Shown piece after piece: positions 26,301 through 38,300 of a stretch of DNA of 64,000 nucleotides (positions are counted from its first letter, which is position 1; each line of letters starts with the position of its first letter). The stretch is from Balanoglossus misakiensis (taxonomy: Eukaryota > Animalia > Hemichordata). The stretch spans positions 9,873,097-9,937,096 of the forward strand of contig CM082598.2 of the NCBI GenBank assembly GCA_040954595.2, given 5' to 3'. The notes beneath the pieces are model-generated. The model did no database searches. It was given only the letters and a program-made list of their open reading frames with translations, and was not told the DNA's origin. Made by a program: the position numbers and the translations under genes.

Positions 26301-29300
26301 AGACAAAAAAAATCATCGGTAGACCTAAATTTACTGTCTATTATGGACAACGTCCATTCTGTTGTTAGTGAGTTTGAATCTCCCACCATTATGCCAACTC
26401 TCGCAAAGTCTCGCCCTTTTATACGGGAGTTGGGGGTTTAATGCAAAACCTGCTGTTATAATGACAACAAAATGAATGGTAGGAATAGCAAGAGTACTCA
26501 TACAGTTAAAATGAAATATTTCAGGTTCTGAGAAAGAGATAAAATTTAAACATTTAGTCTTATGAAGTAGGGTGCGTGCTATCCAATTATTAAATGACCG
26601 ACAAGGTCAGAGGTCAAGTTCATCTTCAAAACTTGGGGTCAAAGTAAAACTTTCGTTTTTTTGCATTTCGATCATATACAATTTTGATTTTACTAGAAGA
26701 CATTTTGCTCGAGGAGGCTGTAAATTGATCAACAGATGGTATATTACAATATTAAAAAAGTTTGATGTGCAGTTTGGTTTATGAATCTGTTTATTATCGA
26801 AATTCTGTTACCATAACGATTGGTGTCAAATTCGATATGTCTGCCATAATAGGAAGTACACGTACCTTTGAGCCCAGTACCGCTTTCGACATAAACCAAC
26901 TACATGTAACCCTATATATAATTTTGAGTATGGGCTATAATATGCATTGTTGCGTATTGGGATCAAAGGTCAAGGTCACTTTCAACATTGGATCAAAGTG
27001 CAATTTAAATGCCTGATTTACAAAATATATGCGATATAACAGATATCCACAGGAAAAACGGACCCCCTGACTTGGCCATACAACATTTTGTGTCATACAC
27101 CATTTTAAAGTTAAGTTCTGAGAGTCTGAAAATGCTTGATGACATTTTCTGTAACATAATGAGAAGTTGTTTACGTGCATGACGTCATCTATATGCATGC
27201 GCAGTATACTTAGTAATAAAGTGTGTTCTCTCCGCCATCACTGAGTAGCCTGAATATTACATGGTGTCAGAAGCGGAGCATTTCGCCCATACGAAGCGAA
27301 ATGGAGTCCATGAAACCCCCAGAGGCACTGAGTTTAGAAGGTAATGGAAACAAAGATTTAAATTCTATCTGTCTGCCACTGGGATCGATGGAAAAGGCCC
27401 GAAGGTATAGGCATCAACTTTACTGCACGTGATCGGCGATGAAGCCATAGAAGTGTATAACACTTTCGAATTCACAAATGAGGGTGATGAAATGAAACTG
27501 GATGTTCTCTTGGTGAAGTTTCGTGACGATTGTAACCCCAGAAAGAACATCACGTATGAAAGACATGTTTTCTTCACTCGGTTTCAATCTTCAATAGAGA
27601 ATATTGATCATTATATTATACCAGTATATTGATGGTATAAGTCACGCTCTATGATTGGTCGAGACACGACACGTGACCATGATATATTAGCCATATACCA
27701 CAGTCATATATCATGGTCAAAGAAAATGCCTTTTTAAAATGTTTTATGCAAAGTTTCAATATACTGGCATAATATAATAGCAATAAAACACCCCCAGCCA
27801 TGGTATGCCACTCGATTTTGACCAGTTCAGCTCCATATACGCACTCGCTATCGCTCGTGCGTATATGTCGTGAACTGGTCAAAATCTCGTGGTATACCAT
27901 GGCTGGGGGTGTTTTATTGCTTAAATACGTCACAGATTTGAAGGTCAAAGCAAAGACATGCGAGTTCGGACAGCTCACAGAAGATCTGATACTTGACCGT
28001 ATTGTATGTGGAATCAACAATGACCAGGTTCGTGCCAGATTACTGCGAGACTGTGACTTAACACTAAAGAAAGCAATCGATATATGCAGGGCAAATGAGG
28101 CAAGTACATCTCAAATGAAGTCACTGCATGAAGATGATAAACCCATACACGGTATTGGTAAATACGAACAAAGACGAAAGAAACCAAACACTGAACACAA
28201 AGAGGGAGACAGCAGAAAAATAAAATGCAGTAAGTGTGGTACAGAGCATGAGAAGCACAAATGTCCAGCATTTGGGAAGATTTAGTCAAGTAGAACTGAC
28301 CCCAAAATTGGCATAACCGTGAAGTACGGTACAAATGCGATTTTTTGCAGAAAATGATAGTTGAGGGGGTACTGACTCGGAATCAGGTTGATGCCACCTT
28401 GGCACCCTTGAGCATTTTTTTTAATTAACGTTTTAAGCCACGCCCACATTTTAAATCTTATAATTACAAAGCCAAAAATGCAATTCATATAAATAATGTC
28501 TTGTTTGGTATCAAACTAAAGCTAATGACATGTGAAAAGTAAATATGAACATTATAAGGTTATACGGTCAATGTCAAGGTCATATAAGGGCATATTAACA
28601 TTAAACTGGCCACGCCCCTAAACTGAAACATAATTAAAGAAGAAAAACATATCATGTTTGTTATCAAAATGAAGCACACACGATGGAGAAAACAAAAATG
28701 AGTATTAAAAAGAGCACATGAAATGTTTTAACACCAAAATTTAATTGCCATGGTAATAAGGGCCATATCTTGCCGGGTTGGGGGGGGGGGCAGCTTTCAT
28801 TTTATAGCGATGTTATTTCCTTGGCCATAGTTCACAAAAGGTCAAAGAGATTATTACTGCTTCTTTGGCTTTGCACTCACTTTAGAATCGCTAATTTGTA
28901 TCCAAAACTGGGCACCGGGGCGTTTTCGAGTTATTGGCTTCCAAATTATATTGGGTAACTTATGTAGAAAACCCTAAAATGCATATGAATTGACGTAAGG
29001 GGGATATATTAGTCTTGTAAAAGACTGTCTCTTTGAACGTATACCTAAAACAACTGGGATGTATTTGATATCAAAAGAAAGCTTAATAAACAAGCCTTCC
29101 ATTAATTACAAAATAAAAGTGATATGACAAATCATGACATCATAGTGACGTCATAAGTCAAAATACCCTTATGAAAATGGTGTTCTGTTTACCTATAAAT
29201 GTGAGGTTTTGAAAAACACGTCTCTGTGCAATTGTACTGAAGAAAACTGTGATGTGTTTGGTATCAACAGAAAGTTATTACAAAAATGATATGGTAATCA

Positions 29301-32300
29301 ATTACATCATCATTACATCATACTTCCAAGTGCCCTTACCAACTAGTAACTATGATGACAAGTTACCTAGGAGATAGGTGCCTTTAATATGAATTGTTGG
29401 TAAGGAAGGTTTGAGAAGTCCATTCTATGTAACAAATGGTGCTGATTCCAAAAAAGTCAGTCTTATTGACCCCACTCAAGATAACATTGCCATTTTTGCT
29501 GCTTTTTGCCGAAAAAGGTCATTTTTAGAAAACAATTAAAAACAAACTTTTTTTCTCTATAATTGGATTTGATGATGTATGAAGTAGTGACTTTTCCAAA
29601 AAAAAGCACTCTTACTGTTCACTTTATTCTTATTTTGTTCACTTTGCTTAAAAGGTAATTACTGTTAGAAAAACTAAAAAAAAAACTTATTTTTTCATAT
29701 TCAGAGATCTTATGAAGTATGGAAAGTCCATTTTTGTTGTAAGGGAGTCGATTCCAAAACCATTCTTTTCATCTTACAAAATTTTCATTTTGTCTTTTTT
29801 TTGTCAAAAAGTGCTATTTCAAGAACAAATGAAAACAAACTGTTTTCTTCGTATTTAAATGTTTAATGATGAATGGAAAGTCCATTTTTTGCAAAAAATA
29901 TGCTGATACCAACACAAGTCTTATTGAGACACGCCACTAAATACAAAATTGCCGTATTTTGGTCAACAATTGTCTTTTTCAGAAAACAAAATAAAATATA
30001 TGTTTTGCCTTTTGAGTTCTGATGTTGTATTTGCTTATTTAAAACGTCATAACCATATGATATCAGTTGAATTGATGATATTGAAAGACAGAGTTGCCAC
30101 AATTTGGCACATTTAACCTAAAATGGAACTCAACAATAAACGCGACCATCAATGCATACACACTATCTACTATAAGTTGATTATACATGGTATGAAATGT
30201 TTATGTAGAGATATACCAGCTCCGGAGAAATTGTTGACATTTATCCTTTTCAATCTAAATACAAAAACAGAAATTATATTATATCATGATACCTCCGTCA
30301 TTCTGATTGGACAGTAGTGCAATCCAACGATGCTAAATACTCAATAGAGCACGGCTAAAACTGCCCCTGAACTAGATTTGTTACTTCTTTTCCTCTTGAC
30401 GCTGGTTCATCATCAATATGAGTTCAATTTGGGCTAACTCCAAATGCAAACATTCTTTTCCCTAGAAAATGTTTAAAATGATAAATTTGTCTTCAGTCGG
30501 TCTATTTAGGCAATAAATGGCCAAAAAGGCAATTTTGACTAGAGTGGGATCAACCGTTTTTGGAATAGTCACCAAATTTTTATATAAAATGAACTTTTCT
30601 TACATAATCAGATCTCTAAATATGAAGAAAACAATTTGTCTTTAGTTTAAAAGAAAATGGCATGTTTTAGTATTTTCTAAAAATGACCCTTTTTGGACAA
30701 AAAGTATTTCCATCTTTATTGAGATTAATAAGACTGCTTTTTTCTGGAATCAACACCAATTTTTCCATAAATGGACTTTTCATACATCATAAAATCTCCA
30801 AATATTTTTAACGTTTGACCTTGAAATTGACTATCTGGGATTTTGAAAAAATGTTATGCTCGTTATCATGCTTATATTTGCTTCATGCGTGACATTAGCT
30901 TCAGTTTGATACCAAACATGGTATAATTATCTTCTCTCATAATATCAAGGTCAAATGGGCGTGGTCAATTTTAACGTTTGACCTTGAAATTGTCCATCTA
31001 GGGTTTTAAAATACCATTTAATATGTTTAATTTTGCTTTTTACATGACATAAGCTTCAGTTTGACACCTAATATGGCATGTACATTACTGCAATGCATGT
31101 GTCTTTGGTAATTATATGCATTAAAAGTGGGCGTGGCTTAAAACGTTAATTAAAAAAATGCTCAAGGGTGCCAAAGTGGCATCAACCTGATTCCTTATCA
31201 GTATCCCTCCAACTATCATTTTCAGCAAAAAAATTGCATTTGTACCGTACTTCACGGTTATGTTGAGGTTCTACTTGACTAATTTGTCATAAATGTAAAA
31301 AGAACAACCATTTTGCCAAAATGTGCAAAACATGTGCAGCCGCCACACAGCCAGAGAAAACGGCAAAACCAAAGAAAGTATACACAGTGCAGGATGAACA
31401 AACTGACAGTTCATCAGATGATTTCTATGTTGACTATGTGAACAATACAAGTGGAAGTACTACTGAGGATGACTGGATGGTGAAATTGCAGATAAATGCA
31501 AAGACTGTAAAATTTAAAATGGACACAGGTGCACACTGCAATATCATCACAAAAAAGTTGTTTGATGCCATACAAAACCAAAGATTGGAGAAGTCCAAAG
31601 TAAAGCTAGTTTCATACTTTGGTAACAATGTAAACAGCTGTGGAAAAACTTGGATGGACTGTAAATATGGTGACAAGAATTACAAGCTGGAGTTTGTAGT
31701 TGTCAACCGAGATGTCCTACCAGTGCTGGGTTTGAAAGCATGTTTGACTGTTGGATTAATACAGCGAGTACTTTCCATAAACACCGATGACCCAGTCCTT
31801 GATGTGTACAAAGATGTCTTTAGTGGTCTTGGATGTTTGGAAGGAAAGCATCACATTGAGCTGGATCCTAAAATAAAGCCAGTGATACACACACCAAGAA
31901 AAGTACCTTTAGCACTGAGAGAAATAGTCAGAGAAGAACTAAACAGGATGGAAAACCTACTAGATGTAATAGAGAAAATGGACGAACCTAGTGAATGGGT
32001 CAATTTGGTGGTTACAGTGATAAAACCGAACAAGAAAATTTGAATCTGCATGGACCCAAAAGACCTCAACAGAGCCATAAAACGAGAACACCATCCTATG
32101 CCCACAATAGAAGAAGTTGTATCCAGAATACCAAAGGCCAAAGTTTTCACAGTTCTTGATGCCAGTAGTGGATTTTGGCAAATCCAGATGGATGAAGAAC
32201 GCAGTAAACTCTGCACCTTCAATACGCCTTTTGGTCGTTATCGATTTAAACGTCTACCATTTGGTATATCATCGGCGCCAGAAGTCTTCCAGAAGATTGT

Positions 32301-35300
32301 ATCACAGATATTAGATGGCATCGATGGTATTGATAACATCTGCGATGATATACTAGTTACCGGTTAAAACGACGAAGACCATGATAGAAATCTACGCAAC
32401 GTACTTCAGAGAGCACGTGAGAAAAACCTGAAGTTAAATGCAAACAAGTGCAAGGTCAGAATGACAAAACTGCAGTACATCGGTCATTTACTGACAAAGG
32501 ACGGTTTAAAACCAGATCCTGCCAAAGTTGAAGCAATACAAAAGATGGCTGACCCTGAAGACAAACCAGCACTTCAGAGATTTATCGGTATGGTCACATA
32601 CTTAGCAAAGTTCATCCCAAACCTGTCATCCGTCAGCGCTCCACTCATACAGCTGTTGGAGAAGAATGTTGAATGGCACTGGGATCAACAACACAGAGAC
32701 AGTTTCAATGAACTGAAGAAACTAGTGACTGAAGCCCCTGTGTTGAAATACTATGATGTGACACAGCCAGTAACTCTTTCAGCTGATGCCAGTTCTGAAG
32801 GCTTGGGTGTGGTCTTGCTTCAAGATGGACAACCGGTTGCATACGCGTCCAGAGCATTAACAGACACACAAAAGGGATACGCCCAAATCGAGAAGGAAAT
32901 GTTGGCGATAGTCTTCGGATGCGAGCGATTTCATCAATACATCTATGGGAAAACGGTCACAGTGGAGAGCAACCACAAACCGTTAGAAGCTATACTCAGG
33001 AAACCTTTGTACCAAGCTCCACTCAGATTACAGAAAATGATGCTAAAGCTACAAAGGTATGATCTACAAGTACATTACAAGCCCGGTAAAGAAATGTGGC
33101 GGATACGTTGAGTAGATCTTATCTGCCTGACAAATGTGAAGAACTGGATGAAGAACTTGAAGTTGCCATGATACTTCCCATGTCTGCATGTAAGTTGCAA
33201 CAGTTGAAGATAGAGACTGAGAACGATACAACCTTGCAGAAGTTGAAGTTGGTCATTCAACAGGGATGGCCTGAGAGGAGATCTGAAATCTCAAAGGAAA
33301 TACAGGAATACTGGAATTACAGACAGTCTTCGGACTGAGCGCGAAAAGTGGGCGTGTCCATTATCACTCATTAAGTATTCAAAAAGGCTGACTACGCTGT
33401 CGAGTGTCCGGAACATTACGGTCGGAAACAGAAATTACAAGTAGCAGTGTCTCCAACACACAAAAAATCCAGCAAGCTTAGCTTTTAACAAAGAACTGAC
33501 ATTAAGTTCCATACTCGATGTGACAAATCCAAAAACCAACGTGATTTTTTTACAAAAATTAACTCAGAAAAAACATCAACACTTGAATTTACCAGCCCCG
33601 CACTGCAAATTGAATGGCGATGCCTATAGAACTGACCAAAATTTGACAGATCATGGTTGCTAAAATGGTGCTGGTGCAATATTTCACCATATGCAGCAAG
33701 CAGCGAAACCTGCCGATTCCCAGACGACTTTGTCTGAGCAATGAACCTCAATTGAATGACGAGAAACCACAATTTCTCAATGACTTTCAGTCTGCCGACT
33801 GATGACCTCAAAATGTTATGACCTTTTGAATACGCCAACCAGTGGGTGTCAATTAGTGCACGTGATATGCTAAATAGCGTTACTATTTCTATGGTGCCAT
33901 GGTAACGTAAACAACATGCGTCAATCTCCCGCCAAGAAAGGCAAGGCTTCACGCTTTTGCTTAAAGTTTATTCGATACATCTAACTTTGTTGTAAACAAA
34001 TATCTGAATATTTATATATAAGGTCATGTCAGTTATGAGTATATCTACCCACCCATTGATCAATGATGCTGTCATCAGGCTTGAACGTCATGAAAGGGGC
34101 GTTGATATCTCTGTGTCAGAGACTGACCCATGTGATTAGGGTACACACATGGGCTCCAGTGGGGTAATTCTGCATGTAATCGCGGTTCTTACGGAAGTCA
34201 GAGGAAGTAAATATGCGTGTTTGTTCCAGATGCGTCTCTTTTTTCGCTGTTGGGGTCTTATTTTGGCTGATTGCGGGATACATGACTGCAAGCACTTCCC
34301 TTGAAATTGGTGTTAAATTCACAAAACGTTGAAAAACGACATGGTGCATGCATCCACGCGAGGTATCTGTGTTCGATCGGTGTGATTATGAAACAACAAC
34401 ATGTATCGTAAGTATTTTGGGCACTGCGGACGGTCGTATCTGATAAATAATATTGATTGAAGGCCCACAAACATTCATAACCAAAATATCGACAAACTAC
34501 GTTTACGCCTCACTTCAGGTGACTGCATATTTTTTTAGAGGCTTAGCACTAGCTAAAATAGGTTCGTATGATAACAATAAAGTATCTATGACCCCAGAAA
34601 TTCGAGTTTGAATAGTTTTCACTCTTTGGATGAAAAGGCACAAAAAATCAAACAAATCACTGCATTTTCACCCAAAAACAGTGTGTGCCAGGAAGACCCT
34701 GTCAGAAAGTATGGAATTTACGGGCAAGATGTTCTGGACGAAAAAATGAGCATAAGAGGTGATGAGTGATTAAAATAAACACTCTGCATGACATTTGCGT
34801 CTGGATTTTTTTTACTACGACACGGCAAAATCACGGTATTTTGCTACAAAATCGCCAATTTAACAACAACAATTGGAGACGTCCCACAGTCTTTATTCAG
34901 TCGTTGATCATGATATACGATAGTTTCCCACAAAGTTCTAATGAAATAGAGTATATACCACATTTTTCTCGTCCATTGAAGCTTTGGATGAAAAGGCACA
35001 AAAAATCAAAGTTGGTATATGCCTTTGAAGGCTAAAATAGAAGGGGTCAAAGGTAACTCTTTTATTTTTATTTTCCGCAAATCTACCGAATTCATCTCTT
35101 TGATTCTCTTATTGCTTTATTTCAATCATTTTCACAAAGATAACAAAATCTTTCTAGTATTCTCAAAACATGGAAAAAAATTGGATTGAAATCTCTCCAC
35201 GTACGCTGGGTTCTTGGCCGCCATAACAGAGGTCAATGAGTGCTGAAATTTCCCAGCATGCTTTGCGGTGTTTTGATAATGAGAATCGCGCTCAGTCCGA

Positions 35301-38300
35301 AGACTGAAGGATGAGTTGTCTGTGTATGATGACATACACTACAAAGGAGAAAGGGTTATCATACCATCGTCAATGAGATCAGAAATGTTGGCGAAGATCC
35401 ATGATGCACACCTTCGAATAGAAAAGTGCAGAAGAAGAGCCAGAGATGTATTGTTTTGGCCGAATATGAACAGGGAGATAGAAGATACTGTGGCCAAGTG
35501 TTCCATATGTAATGAGTACAGAGCAGAGAACCAGAAAGAACCACTGAAACCACACGAAGTACCAGACCCGTCCATGGTCAAAGGTTGGAGCTGATCTGTT
35601 CCAGATAGACAATGATCTGTTCAGTTTCTTGTCTTGGTTGATTACTATTCAGGCTTCTTTGAAGTTTCTAAACTTACATCAACCAAGAGTGCTACAATCA
35701 TCCACCATTGTAAAGCATACCAGTCGTATTGATGTCGGATAATGGTCCACTGTTTGAAAACCAGGATTTTGTCAAGTTTGCAGCTGCCTATGGATTTGCA
35801 CACGTCACATCAAGTCCAAGATACCCCAAATCTAATGGCATGTCAGAAAATGCAGTCAAAAGTGCAAAATCACTAATATGAAGAAAGCCAAGCGAAATAA
35901 CAAAGGATCCATATTTAGCTCTGCTGGATCATAGAAACACACCACGTGACAGTCAGTTGGGATCACCTGGGCAGAGACTCATGGGTAGGAGAACCAAAAA
36001 CACTCCTTCCAACCAGCGAGATTTTGCTGAAGCCCAAACATGTTGAGAATGTAAAGCCAAGCCTGGAAACATTGAAACAAAGACAGAATTAAAGCTGCAA
36101 GCAGCATTGTTGGGCCCAAGCACTGATCTCGAATTATATATTCACATTATGAAAGAGAAGAAACATAACGCTCTAACAGGTGTTTTATCTCATGTGTGTA
36201 TTTTTGGTGCTGATATAGAGTAAAGTAGGTCAAAGGTCACCTGAGGTCACTCAAAATTTAGGATTCATGTCAAACAAAAACCAAAGCTCTAGCTCTATCG
36301 GTTTGCCTGTAATTAGGTATGTGCATATTAAATGAGGTCAGCATGTGTCACAGCTGACCCAAAAATTTGTCATACTGTCGTTCCCATCTGGATTCGAACG
36401 ATAATGTTGATCTAAATGTTATCACACTTGTGTAATTGGTTTGTGAAGTTGATTCCAACTTTGCTACAGTTGTTGTACAGTTTATATGCTTTGCGGCAAA
36501 CACAAACAGGATTAATGGTTTCTTACCCGGTAGGATGCTTCGCCAGTTTGTTTAAATAAGACAATAAAACGAGTCAACTGATTGGCGCTACCCTGACTTT
36601 ATTTAATAGCCCTGTGTGTGGTAAAAGTTTCGCGGGAATACTGCAAATCCAACGTGTTTAGTCGCTGTCGGTTCAACATGGCCGAGTATATGTTCAAGGT
36701 TGAGTTTTCCTATTATTCTCAAACGCGGATTGTGCCAGTCTTCATTTCTGACGAGGACTTTCACAGTATGTCTTATAGCGACTTCGAAAACAGAATCACT
36801 AGTGATACTCCGTATCTGCGAAGGATGGTCTCACTTCGTCTGCAAGTCATGGATTACGAAGGGCAAAGAATTGACCTTCCGACGACAAACAGATTCAGAC
36901 AACTTATTGACGACAACGCATCTAAAAAGGGAGGAACACTCAACGTGAAATTGTTCGTTCTCGACGGTACCTCGCCATCCATAAAACGTTCACATTCTGG
37001 TGATTCTGAGATCGATCACTGTACTCCACAGAGTCATTCTATTGCGAGTAAAAGAACGCGAACTAAATTGCAGTACGCTCAAGATGAAAGGGGACCGGAA
37101 GTCAACAAACTGAAGCCGACTGATGGACCGACCATAGAAAACCGCCGCGATGTACTTGGTGAAAAACTAGACACTCTGACTAAAGCAAAAATTGTCATGG
37201 AACGAGAACTGACTGACCTAGCAGTTCGAAGACAGAGAGCAAAAGGGAAGGACTGGACACGCACGCGTAGATAAAAGTCTTGCTTTAGCAAGCAATGTGA
37301 AGTGTAAGACGATCCTCTTACGACACCCGTAATACCCCACTGTTAGTATTGTAATCAATCTCGATATAACCTCTTTGAATTTACCGCAACATCAACAACT
37401 GGGCGCCGAAACTGAAGTAAGATAAGGAACAACTTGGCAAACCAAATGTGCAAGTATGGTAACATTTAGATCAACATTATCGTTCGAATCCAGATGGGAA
37501 CGATAGTAACATGTTCTAATCCTGCCAAATGCCAAGGTTGTATCTGCTCTGGATGCTGAGATACGCGGAAGTAGGTCAAAGGTCACCTGAGGTCACCCAG
37601 CATTTGGGCAAAAAATTTTGACCCCATACTGGTCCATGTCCAACAAAAACCAAACCTCAAGCTCTATTGGTTCGCCTGTAACTAGCTATGCACATAATTA
37701 ATTAGGTCGGCAGAGGTCAAAGGGGTCATGAAAAGTAGCAAATATTTTGATCACACACTAATCCACATGCATCAAAAACTAAACGTCTAGCCCTACAGGT
37801 TAGTCTGGAAATAGATATGCAGAAATAATAATGTGTGAAAAGTAGGTCAAAGGTCATGTGAAAAATCGCCAAAAATTTGCAATATATTTTAGTCTGATAT
37901 CCATAAAAAGAATTTGTATGCTATCAATTTTTAGACTAGAAAAAGGAATTTCAATTTTTCACTGCTTTTTACAAAATCCAGTATGGTCGCCATAATCTTC
38001 GACCAATCACAATGCTCTTCTCAAACTTGATAGACATCAGTTTGGTGACCATACTACCCAAATCTTGCGACTCAGTTATAGTCGATTCTGAAGAAGAAGA
38101 TTTTTGAAATTTTTCTATGGTTTTTCGAAAATCCAATACGGCCGCCATAATCTTCAACCAATCACAATGCTCTTTATCAAACTTGATAGACGTCAGTTCA
38201 GTCAGATCGCATGGTACTCATTAACATATGTAAATGAGGGAAAGTACTTCAAACTATGTAGCCGTTAGAGTGGGCCCCGCTGACGGGTCGCGAAATAGGC

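Noticed and set aside
36373-37508. IS3EU assignment from TAC..GTA termini
   Set aside because: Flanks (ttgtca / acatgt) show no 6-bp duplication; a simple TA duplication fits better
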